Below, piece by piece: positions 16,590-24,000 of a stretch of DNA of 24,000 bases. This DNA comes from Labrys sp. La1. Lineage in GTDB: Bacteria > Pseudomonadota > Alphaproteobacteria > Rhizobiales > Labraceae. The notes under the pieces are model-generated. The model was not told the origin of the DNA. It ran no database searches and worked only from the letters and a program-made list of their open reading frames with translations. The stretch covers positions 1,925,777 to 1,949,776 of the forward strand of contig NZ_JBMDIH010000001.1 of NCBI RefSeq assembly GCF_051161885.1. The letters are read 5' to 3'. The position numbers were made by a program, and so were the translations under genes. How positions within the stretch are numbered: position 1 is the stretch's first letter; the number at the start of each line of letters is the position of its first letter.

Positions 16590-17414
16590 CTAATGGGCCG
16601 ACTTGGTCAGGCCCTGCACGAAATAGCGATTGAGCAGGATCATCATCAAGACGATGGGAAGGGTGGAAAAATGGGCCAGCGCACCGAGCGTGCCCCAGGA
16701 AATGTCCTTGGTGCCATAGGCCGAGAGCAGCGCCACCGAGATGGGCTTGCTGTCGGCCCGCGTCAGGAACATCGAATAGAGAAAGTCGTTCCAGGAGAAC
16801 ATGATGCAGAAGATGGCGCTGGCGATGATGCCGGGCACCACGGACGGCAGGGCCGTGAACAGGAAGGTGTTCCAGTCATTGCTGCCGTCGGTCAGGGCGG
16901 CCTCCTCGATCGACACCGGCGAGGCGCGGAAATAGGAGAACATCATCCACACCACGAAGGCGCTGTTCAGGGCCGTGTTGAGCAGGATCACCGCCCACCA
17001 GGTGCCGAGCAGGCCGATGTCGCGCATCATCAGATAGAAGGGGATCAAGGTTGCCACCGGCGGCACGGTGCGGATGGCCAGGAAGAAATAGGCGAGCCAC
17101 ACGGCCTTCGGATTCTTGGAGCGGGCCAGGGCGTAGCCGGCGGGAACGCCGAGCAGCAGCGATAACAAGGTCGAGCCGATCGAGATGATCAGGCTCGATT
17201 TCACCAGGGACCACAGGTCGAAAAGCCGGAATACATTCTCGAAATTCGCGAAGGTCGGTTCAAAGAAGAGCTGCGGCGGCGTGGTGAAGATGTCCCTCGC
17301 AGGCTTGTAGGCCGTGGAGAACAGCCACAGGATCGGAAAGAGCGCGATGGCGAGGATGACGATCAGGGCAGCGCGCCGTGCCCACAATCCCCTGTCGGCG
17401 GCGGTCCTAAGCAT
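16590..17414 (-). CDS. ABC transporter permease (MalG/UgpE-like)
   Basis: It has six hydrophobic segments and the EAA loop IEEAALTDGSNDWNTF. Its start overlaps the upstream permease stop by 8 nt. Confidence 0.9.
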   Translation of the reverse strand: MLRTAADRGLWARRAALIVILAIALFPILWLFSTAYKPARDIFTTPPQLFFEPTFANFENVFRLFDLWSLVKSSLIISIGSTLLSLLLGVPAGYALARSKNPKAVWLAYFFLAIRTVPPVATLIPFYLMMRDIGLLGTWWAVILLNTALNSAFVVWMMFSYFRASPVSIEEAALTDGSNDWNTFLFTALPSVVPGIIASAIFCIMFSWNDFLYSMFLTRADSKPISVALLSAYGTKDISWGTLGALAHFSTLPIVLMMILLNRYFVQGLTKSAH

Positions 17415-18402
17415 TGCGGTTCCTCGCCGGCCTGACTACGAAGATGAACAGGGCCGCCATCACACCGATACACACGGTGATCAGATTGCTCACGGCCGAA
17501 GCCCTGCCGATATTGAAGAATTCCAGCCCCTGCTTGACGCCATGGATCATCAGCGTGGTGGTGGCATCGCCGGGCCCGCCGCTGGTGCTGACATAGATGA
17601 TGTCGAAGACACGGAAGGCATCCATCATCCTGAGGACGAGCGCCAGGAAGGCTGCCGGCAGCAGGAGCGGCAGGATGATCAGGATGAAACGCTGCGCGCT
17701 GGTGGCGCCGTCGACCCGCGCCGCCTCGAGGATATCCGTCGGCAGGGATTTGAGCCCCGCCAGCAGGATCAGCGCCATCAGCGGCGTCCATTCCCAGACG
17801 TCGACGGCGATCAGGGTCGGCAAAGCGAAAGTCGGATCGGCAAGCAGGCCCCGTGGGCCCGAAATACCGGCCTCGGCCAGGAAATAGCCGAGCACGCCAT
17901 AGTCGGCGTTGAGCATGGCCTTGAAGATAAGGCCAACGACCAGTGGCGTGACAGTTGCCGGGATCAGCAGCAGGCCAAGCGCGATCCGATTGAACAGATC
18001 GTCGCGCCAGAGCAGCAAGGCGATGCCGAGGCCGAAGACAAACTCGAGGGTGACAGCGCCAATGGTAAAGATGAAGGTATTGATCAGTGCCTGGCGTGCG
18101 GTCTTGTCGCTCCATAGGGCGACGTAATTATCCAAGCCGACGAAATGGCGGCCTGCCGGGCGGACCAGGCTATACTCCTCGAAGGAGTACAGAATTCCCT
18201 GCGCCATCGGCCAGACCGCGATGGCTAGAACATAAAATATTGCGGGAGCCGCCAGCAGGATCAGGAAAAGCTGGCGCTTGCGCGCATAGGACAGGCAGTG
18301 AGGCCCCGCTTTAGCCGAGCGAGTGCTTCCGGCGAGGCTCGATGAGGGACTTTCCAAGTTCAAGCTCTCCGGAATCGTCGGCGAGAAGACAGGCGCCGGC
18401 AT
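17407..18402 (-). CDS. ABC transporter permease (MalF/UgpA-like)
   Basis: It is hydrophobic and carries the EAA loop ILEAARVDGATSAQRF. The start is uncertain: the ATG at 18402 lacks a clear SD, and an internal TTG after GGAG is possible. Confidence 0.85.
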   Translation of the reverse strand: MPAPVFSPTIPESLNLESPSSSLAGSTRSAKAGPHCLSYARKRQLFLILLAAPAIFYVLAIAVWPMAQGILYSFEEYSLVRPAGRHFVGLDNYVALWSDKTARQALINTFIFTIGAVTLEFVFGLGIALLLWRDDLFNRIALGLLLIPATVTPLVVGLIFKAMLNADYGVLGYFLAEAGISGPRGLLADPTFALPTLIAVDVWEWTPLMALILLAGLKSLPTDILEAARVDGATSAQRFILIILPLLLPAAFLALVLRMMDAFRVFDIIYVSTSGGPGDATTTLMIHGVKQGLEFFNIGRASAVSNLITVCIGVMAALFIFVVRPARNRNA

Positions 18403-18453
18403 GGTCGCGCAGCCATGGGGGACAGCGCAACCTTGCTTTGGCGACCTGCAGGC

Positions 18454-19728
18454 TCAGAACAGCTTTTCAGCCTGGGCCTGGGCATCGTCCAAGGCCGCCT
18501 TGGGATCGGCATTGCCGACCAGCACGCCATTGACGGCGGAGCCGATCAGATCCTGCAATTCCGGATATTGCGGAATACGCGGCCGGAAATCGACATTGCC
18601 ATGCTCGAAGGAGGTAGCCAATACGGGCAGGAACGGGAACTTCGCCAGAAGGTCCTTGTCCGTCATCTCGCTCTTGCGCAGATAGCTGCCGGCACCGCGC
18701 AGATTGAACTCCTTGTGCACCGCCGGACTGGTGATCCACTTGATAAAGGCCCAGGCCGCCTCCTGCTTGCGCTTGTCGATATCGGCATTGATGCCGAGCC
18801 CCCAGCCGCCGATGCCGTATTCCGGCTCCTTGCCTGCGCGGGCCGGCGTCAGCATGATGCCGACCTTGCCGACAACCTTGGAGATTTCCGGGTTGTCATA
18901 GCCGGCGGCGCCGATCGACCATGTCTGCATATTGGCGGCCATGCCCTGGCGGAAGCTCTCCTCGCGCGCTCCCCAGTCATAGTCGGCCGCGCCGGGAGGA
19001 GCCGCCTTGTCGAACAGCTTCTTGTAGTCGACGACGCTCTGGATATTCGCCGCCGAATTGAGCGCCGGCTTGCCGTCGGGGCCAAGGATCGAACCGCCGA
19101 GCTGGAAGTTGTACTGCATCCAGTCCTGCGCCACCGCCGGTCCTTTCTGGCCATTGGCCACGAAACCGAAGGTCTTCTTGGCCGGATCGGTCAGTTTGAT
19201 CGCGTCGGCGATGTAGTCTTCCATCGTCGCCGGCGGCTTCAGGCCGGCAGCCTCGTAGAGGTCTTTGCGATAGGCCAGCACATTGGCATAGCCGGCGAAA
19301 GGAAAGGCAACCTGCTTGCCCTTGTAGCCGCCGAGCCCCTTCATCAGGCTGGGATAGATGTCGTCGACCTTGATCTCGGCGGCATCGCGCTTGATCCATT
19401 CGGTCAGGTCGACGGTGTAGCCGGCTTCTGCGAACTGCCCCGACCAGACGATGTCGGTGGTGGCGATGTCGTAGCCCTTGGTGTGGCCAACGTAATCGGC
19501 CGTGATCTTGGTCAAGAGTTCTGGATAGCTCAGGATCTCGACATTGACCTTGGCGCCGGTCGCCTTCTCGAAATCCGGCGCCATTGCAGCCAGTATCACC
19601 GCGAACTGGTCGTTCTGCGATGCCAGGCTGAGCGTGACGCCGTCGAAGCGCTCCTGGGCCTGCGCCGCGCCCGCAAACACTAGAAATCCCGCCAGCAAAA
19701 GAGAGCGGCATTTTGCCGTCATGTTCAT
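18454..19728 (-). CDS. ABC transporter periplasmic solute-binding protein (family 1, sugar-type) with signal peptide
   Basis: The N-terminus is MNMTAKCRSLLLAGFLVFAGAAQA|QE, a signal peptide with an AxA cleavage site. The 424-aa size and composition are typical of CUT1 binding proteins. GGAGGGGA lies upstream of the ATG. Confidence 0.9.
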   Translation of the reverse strand: MNMTAKCRSLLLAGFLVFAGAAQAQERFDGVTLSLASQNDQFAVILAAMAPDFEKATGAKVNVEILSYPELLTKITADYVGHTKGYDIATTDIVWSGQFAEAGYTVDLTEWIKRDAAEIKVDDIYPSLMKGLGGYKGKQVAFPFAGYANVLAYRKDLYEAAGLKPPATMEDYIADAIKLTDPAKKTFGFVANGQKGPAVAQDWMQYNFQLGGSILGPDGKPALNSAANIQSVVDYKKLFDKAAPPGAADYDWGAREESFRQGMAANMQTWSIGAAGYDNPEISKVVGKVGIMLTPARAGKEPEYGIGGWGLGINADIDKRKQEAAWAFIKWITSPAVHKEFNLRGAGSYLRKSEMTDKDLLAKFPFLPVLATSFEHGNVDFRPRIPQYPELQDLIGSAVNGVLVGNADPKAALDDAQAQAEKLF

Positions 19729-19826
19729 CGTGGGTCCCCTCCGTTACACCCTCGCAACCGGGAGGCTATCATTGCATTTTCTGCGCGCAATCAGAATGTG
19801 AGAAATTCGACCACACTCAAACATTT

Positions 19827-19844
19827 TTTTGCAACCTAGCAAAA
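19827..19844. promoter_or_regulatory. Inverted repeat TTTTGC-AACCTA-GCAAAA in the 289-bp AT-rich divergent control region
   Basis: I read it directly. It has 6-bp perfect arms and lies between the binding-protein gene and the DUF4243 gene. No regulator gene is adjacent. Confidence 0.15.
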
Positions 19845-20017
19845 GGACAATCACCATTTCTCGCAACTTCGGACAAAATCTTTCATAATTTTGTTTGGTT
19901 TGTTGCGCATGGTGCTTTTCTGGTCGGTAAGGACAAGGTAGATTCCCCCGCAAGCATCAGGGAACGGACAGCCGGCCTCGTCGGCAAAGCAAGCATGTTC
20001 GGATTGGGGAGGATTCG

Positions 20018-21058
20018 ATGTCGGCACCACACAGAGCAGCCGGGACAAGCGATACGCTCGTGCGCTGCATCGGCTGGTCGCAGCAATGGAGCGCCGAGTT
20101 TCCGTATATGCTCGCCAACCACCTGCCTATGATCCTGGTGGCGATGCAGCGGATGGGCGCCAATGACCGGCGGCTGGAAGAGTTCTGCGAGATCTATCGC
20201 GTGCAGAACGGCCTCATGCCGGTGCCCGTTGCCAAGGAGACGATCACCCGGGAAAACTGGCGAGACGCTCTCGGCGATCGCGAACGGGAGGGCGATTATC
20301 GCACCTTCTTCCAGGTGGAAGTCAGGCGGCTCGGCGCTACGCCGGCGGCCCGGCTCTATCTGCCGCTCCTGTTCGATGGCTTTGCCGCCAGTGCCATGCA
20401 TGCCTTCATGCGCATGGCCTATGCGACCTGGACAGACAATGACGAGGAGACCGCCATCGCGCTGGCCTACTGGGCAGCTACCTATCTCGACCTCGGCACA
20501 GGCCGGGGCGAAGCCGGTACAACCGGCGATCCGCTCGACGTGCTGGCCTATATGTATGAGCCTGCCTCCTTCCGCCATATCGTCACCGAATGCGACCTGC
20601 TCTGGCACACTATGCGAGCGGTCGCCGCCAAGCCCGAATTCGCCCACGTACACGACATGCTGACCATCGGTCCCGACACCATGGACCGCTTCGCCCGCCT
20701 GTCGCTCGCGCTCTTCGCTGCGACCGGCGACTTTTCTCTCCTGCACGCCCTCACCGGCACCCATTGGTTGCGCATGATGGCGCCCCGCTCGCCCGATCCG
20801 GCCGTGCCGATGCGCCGCTTCTGGCAGGCCATCGCCTCGCTTATTCCCAAGATCGGCTTTCCCGACATTCCGGCTGCCGAACAAGTGGAAGAATGGCGTC
20901 GGCAGAAGGTGCCGGACTGGCCGGAGATCTTCGCCGAGGCCGTCAAGCATGACGACGAGCACGATCTCAGCCTCAGCTTCTCGGCCTCCGAGGAGTTCAA
21001 GCTTTATCGCGATCCGCTCTACAACTACGTTGCCGCCAAACGTCTCGGACTCATCTGA
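20018..21058 (+). CDS. DUF4243 / questin-oxidase-like family protein
   Basis: The N-terminal block ANHLPMILVAMQRMGA resembles the NHxPMxxxALxxLG block of that family. Later blocks include SAMHAFMRMAYA, LLHALTGTHWLRM and DDEHDLSLSF. The assignment is from memory and was not searched. Confidence 0.65.
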   Translation: MSAPHRAAGTSDTLVRCIGWSQQWSAEFPYMLANHLPMILVAMQRMGANDRRLEEFCEIYRVQNGLMPVPVAKETITRENWRDALGDREREGDYRTFFQVEVRRLGATPAARLYLPLLFDGFAASAMHAFMRMAYATWTDNDEETAIALAYWAATYLDLGTGRGEAGTTGDPLDVLAYMYEPASFRHIVTECDLLWHTMRAVAAKPEFAHVHDMLTIGPDTMDRFARLSLALFAATGDFSLLHALTGTHWLRMMAPRSPDPAVPMRRFWQAIASLIPKIGFPDIPAAEQVEEWRRQKVPDWPEIFAEAVKHDDEHDLSLSFSASEEFKLYRDPLYNYVAAKRLGLI

Positions 21059-22248
21059 TGCTGCTTGCCAATGCCACCCTGCCCGACAGACGCCGGGCAG
21101 ATGTACAAATCGTCGACGGCCGGATAGCCTCGATCACAGCGCCTGGCCTCCCGGCTACCGATCCGGATCGGCGCGATCTCGCCGGTGCCTTGCTGCTTCC
21201 GGCCTTCATCGACGGCCATATCCATCTCGACAAGACCCATATGGGGGCGCCGTTAGTCCCGCATGTCCCGGGGGAAAGCGTGCGTGAGCGCATCGCCGCC
21301 GAGCGTGTCGCCCGTCATGCCGTGCCTCTGCCCGTCGAAGCCCGCGCCACCAATCTCCTGCGCCGCCTCGTCGCCAACGGCACCACAAGGGTGCGCAGCC
21401 ATGTCGACATCGACAATGACGTGAAGCTCGCCAATCTGGAGGCGTTGCTCGCCGTGCGGGAACGCTGGAGACCTTGGGTCGACATCGAGATCGTCGCCTT
21501 TCCCCAGAGCGGCGTCGTGAGCGAGCCCGGCGCCCCCGACCTGCTCGATGCAGCCCTCGCCGCCGGTGCGGACCTGATCGGTGGGCTCGATCCCGAGGGC
21601 TTCGACCATGACGTCCCGGGCCAGCTCGATATCGTCTTCGCTCTCGCTGAAAAGCATGGCAAGGCTGTCGACATCCACCTGCATGACGGTGGCGAAACCG
21701 GCGGCGCCGAGCTGCGCGACATCGCCAGGCGTACCGAAGCCTTCGGCCTGCAGGGGCGCGTGGTGGTGAGCCATGCCTTTTCCCTTGGCGATCAGTCTCC
21801 CGAGAGCTTCGCCAGAACGGCAGACGCCCTGGCGCGCGCCGGCGTGGCGATCATGACCTCCAGCCCGGCCGCCGTGCCGGTGCCGCCGGTGAAAGCACTG
21901 CGCAGCCACGGCGTCACCCTTTTCGCGGCTTCCGACAATATTCGTGACTGCTGGTCCCCCTTCGGCAATGGCGATATGCTCGATCGTGCCGCCATCGTCG
22001 CTACCAGGCAGGAATTCTATGCCAATGACGATTTGCGCCTAGCCCTCGACCTCGCCACCATCGAACCGGCCAGGGCGCTCGGCATTGCGGGCTATGGCCT
22101 GGCACCGGGCGCACCGGCCGATCTCGTCGTCATCGACACGCCGAGCGTAGAGGAAGCCGTGATCAATCGCCCGCGCCGCAAGCTCGTGCTGCGGGGTGGC
22201 GTGGTCGTTGCCGAAAACGGGGTCGTCGCCGAGGTTCTGCCCGCCTGA
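21058..22248 (+). CDS. Metal-dependent amidohydrolase, cytosine deaminase / AtzC-related branch
   Basis: Motifs include FIDGHIHLDK (HxH metal ligands), VRSHVDID, IVAFPQSG, DIHLHD, VVSHAF and ASDNIRDCWSPFGNGDM. The ATG overlaps the upstream stop (TGATG). Confidence 0.85.
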   Translation: MLLANATLPDRRRADVQIVDGRIASITAPGLPATDPDRRDLAGALLLPAFIDGHIHLDKTHMGAPLVPHVPGESVRERIAAERVARHAVPLPVEARATNLLRRLVANGTTRVRSHVDIDNDVKLANLEALLAVRERWRPWVDIEIVAFPQSGVVSEPGAPDLLDAALAAGADLIGGLDPEGFDHDVPGQLDIVFALAEKHGKAVDIHLHDGGETGGAELRDIARRTEAFGLQGRVVVSHAFSLGDQSPESFARTADALARAGVAIMTSSPAAVPVPPVKALRSHGVTLFAASDNIRDCWSPFGNGDMLDRAAIVATRQEFYANDDLRLALDLATIEPARALGIAGYGLAPGAPADLVVIDTPSVEEAVINRPRRKLVLRGGVVVAENGVVAEVLPA

Positions 22249-22345
22249 GCGTTCATCCAGTCGCCATCTTTCCGTCCAGGGAATCGGGCCAGAGTGACGA
22301 GAGTCGGCCAGACGGCCATCGCATGGGAACAGGACGATCGCGCCG

Positions 22346-23128
22346 ATGAAACCGGCATTGGATATACCCGCCGACTGGCGCGGCGATCTCAAGGGCTATG
22401 GCTGGAAGACCCAGTCGGCGGGAGCCTCCGGCGCAGGCGTCTTTCGCCTCGAAGCGCCGGGCAAGCCGGATCTGTTCGTCAAGACCGAGGAGCTCTCATC
22501 CCTCGGCGAATTGCCGGATGAGGGGCCGCGCCTGGAATGGCTGAGCGCACGCGGCATACTCTGTCCAAAGCCCCTGGCGGAGGCCCGGCATGGTGGGCGG
22601 CACTGGCTGCTGATGAGTGCCATTCCTGGCGCCGTCCTGTCATCTCGAACCGGTCTCACCCCGGAGCAGGCGGTCGATATCGCCGCCGATGCCCTGCGGC
22701 ACCTGCACGCCCTCGATATTGCCGATTGTCCGTTCGACCACTGCGCCAACAGCCGCATCGCCCTCGCCGAAGCGCGGGTCAAGGCCGGTCTCGTCGACGA
22801 GGAAGACTTCGACGAGGAGCGCACCGGTCAGACCGCGGCCGACGTCTTCGCAGAATTGCAGCTCCAACGCCCCCGGCTGGAAGAGCTCGTCGTCACGCAT
22901 GGCGATGCGACGCTGGAAAACCTGCTGGCGGACAAGGGCGCCTTCTCCGGTTTCATCGACTGCGCCCGGGCCGGCCTTGCCGACCGTCACCAGGACCTGG
23001 CACTGGCGACGCGCAGCATTCGCGATCGTTTTGGCGCGGTTCTGATCGAGCGCTTTTTCGCCCGCTACGGCATTACGCCGGATCCGGACCGCATGGCCTT
23101 CTATCTGCTGCTCGACGAGTTCTTCTGA
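22346..23128 (+). CDS. aph: Aminoglycoside 3'-phosphotransferase, APH(3')-II-like
   Basis: It is collinear by eye with NptII/APH(3')-IIa as I remember it. Shared blocks include VFRL, LFVKT, CPFDH, AGLVDE, LVVTHGDATLEN (catalytic HGDxxxxN), FSGFIDCARAGLADRHQDLALATR and the C-terminal FYLLLDEFF. Confidence 0.85.
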   Translation: MKPALDIPADWRGDLKGYGWKTQSAGASGAGVFRLEAPGKPDLFVKTEELSSLGELPDEGPRLEWLSARGILCPKPLAEARHGGRHWLLMSAIPGAVLSSRTGLTPEQAVDIAADALRHLHALDIADCPFDHCANSRIALAEARVKAGLVDEEDFDEERTGQTAADVFAELQLQRPRLEELVVTHGDATLENLLADKGAFSGFIDCARAGLADRHQDLALATRSIRDRFGAVLIERFFARYGITPDPDRMAFYLLLDEFF

Positions 23129-23158
23129 GCCGGCGCAGTGTACGAGGAGGCTGCTGCC

Positions 23159-23758
23159 TCATTTCCTCGATTGCGGATAGATCGTCTCGCCGCGCTTGAG
23201 CATGGCGACGAAGGCCTCGATCTTCTTCCTCCGCCCTGCCTCGGTCTTCACATTGTGCATACGAAAGGCCAGTGCGAAACGGTTCTGTGCGCTGAGCGCA
23301 CCCAGCATCTTCAGCGCTTCCGGCTCGGCCTCGATCGCAGCCTGGAGGTCGTCGGGGATCTTGAGATCCTTGCCGCTCTCATAGGCCCGGTCCCAGCGGC
23401 CATCCGCCTTGGCGGCCTCGACCTGTTTCAGCCCGTGTTCGGTCATGCGGCCTTCGGCGATCAGCCGGGCGACATTGTCGACATTGATCCGGCTCCAGAT
23501 GCTCTTGCGCCCGCGCGGCGTGTAGCGCTGCAGGAAGCTGCGCTCATCGAGCCCCTTGCGCACCGCGTCGATCCAGCCCCAGCAGAGCACGACGTCGATC
23601 GCCTGCTTGGGGGTGATCGAGGCGAGACCCGAGCTCACCTTGTGGATCGTGATCCAGACTTCGCTTTGGCTGTCGTGATGGTCGCGGAGCCAGGCATAGA
23701 AGCTCGCGTCATCGACGAATTCACGGACCTTGGCAGGATCGACGGTAACGGGCGGCAT
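23159..23758 (-). CDS. YdeI/OmpD-associated family protein (DUF1801-related)
   Basis: The layout FVDDASFYAWLRDHH...EVWITIHK...ITPKQAIDVVLCWGWIDAVRKGLDERSFLQRYTPRGRKSIWSRINV...AEGRMTEHGL...AKADGRWDRAY matches that family. Confidence 0.8.
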   Translation of the reverse strand: MPPVTVDPAKVREFVDDASFYAWLRDHHDSQSEVWITIHKVSSGLASITPKQAIDVVLCWGWIDAVRKGLDERSFLQRYTPRGRKSIWSRINVDNVARLIAEGRMTEHGLKQVEAAKADGRWDRAYESGKDLKIPDDLQAAIEAEPEALKMLGALSAQNRFALAFRMHNVKTEAGRRKKIEAFVAMLKRGETIYPQSRK

Positions 23759-23777
23759 CAGGGTTCCTCAAGATGAA

Positions 23778-24000
23778 TCAATTCAGGAGTGGCCTGGATT
23801 CGATCAGGGGCCAGCGCTTGATGATCCGATATTCCGTCTTCGACAACCTGCTGTGGATCAGGCAAAAACTCGTGATCCGAAGATGGATCGGCTCGATCTG
23901 TTGCTCCACGATTGGTCGTTCACCATAAGACAGGGTGAGATGAGGCGTAAAATCGGGAAAGGCGCGCATGCCAAACTTCGTCATGGCCGCGCCCAGTGTT
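23778..24000 (-). CDS. 2H phosphoesterase / 2'-5' RNA ligase (LigT)-like protein, C-terminal part only (5' end outside the window)
   Basis: The reading frame is open to the window edge upstream of the track's ATG at 23984. It contains an HxTx motif (FTPHLTLSYG) followed by FCLIHSRL...YRII, as in LigT-family C-termini. Confidence 0.55.
   Translation of the reverse strand, partial: TLGAAMTKFGMRAFPDFTPHLTLSYGERPIVEQQIEPIHLRITSFCLIHSRLSKTEYRIIKRWPLIESRPLLN

Noticed and set aside
23144-23168. A small hairpin, GAGGC-TGCT-GCCTC, between the convergent aph and ydeI-like genes, considered as a bidirectional terminator.
   Set aside because: It has only a 5-bp stem, no U-tract on either strand, and it overlaps the ydeI-like stop codon. 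This is too weak to call.
1-24000. CRISPR arrays, tRNA/rRNA genes, IS elements, prophage or defence-system genes, and toxin-antitoxin pairs.
   Set aside because: I found no periodic repeat-spacer pattern, no cloverleaf-like or rRNA-like sequence in the non-coding gaps, and no transposase, integrase, nuclease or known defence signatures in any convincing ORF.

Overview
This window looks like a GC-rich chromosomal segment from an alphaproteobacterium, probably Hyphomicrobiales/Rhizobiales-like. Sampled genes were about 58-73% G+C. I can support about 25 protein-coding genes. I found no rRNA, tRNA, CRISPR array, IS element, transposase or integrase. Gene order is as follows. (1) A TetR regulator sits between two 14-TMS-type MFS pumps. 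(2) sodB is followed by a flavin-reductase-domain gene and an overlapping small TPR gene. (3) An MFS transporter is divergent from an HxlR regulator. (4) A MerR-HTH/P-loop ATPase gene appears frameshifted. (5) A complete alphaproteobacterial biotin locus is present: bioR (GntR-type), divergent from bioB-bioF-bioD-bioA-bioZ, with BioR boxes in the shared control region. (6) A single low-GC DUF4279-like gene is wedged behind a stand-alone riboflavin synthase gene. (7) A CUT1-type ABC sugar-like importer operon follows. (8) Divergent from it is a translationally coupled DUF4243 (questin-oxidase-like) plus CodA/AtzC-like amidohydrolase pair. (9) The window ends with an APH(3')-II-like kinase, a YdeI-family gene and a partial 2H-phosphoesterase (LigT-like) gene. 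I do not see a convincing new multi-gene system such as a defence island, toxin-antitoxin pair or mobile element. The best leads are the frameshifted MerR-ATPase, the low-GC DUF4279 orphan coupled to ribE, and the uncharacterised DUF4243/amidohydrolase/ABC module. All family assignments come from reading motifs by eye. None was checked against a database.
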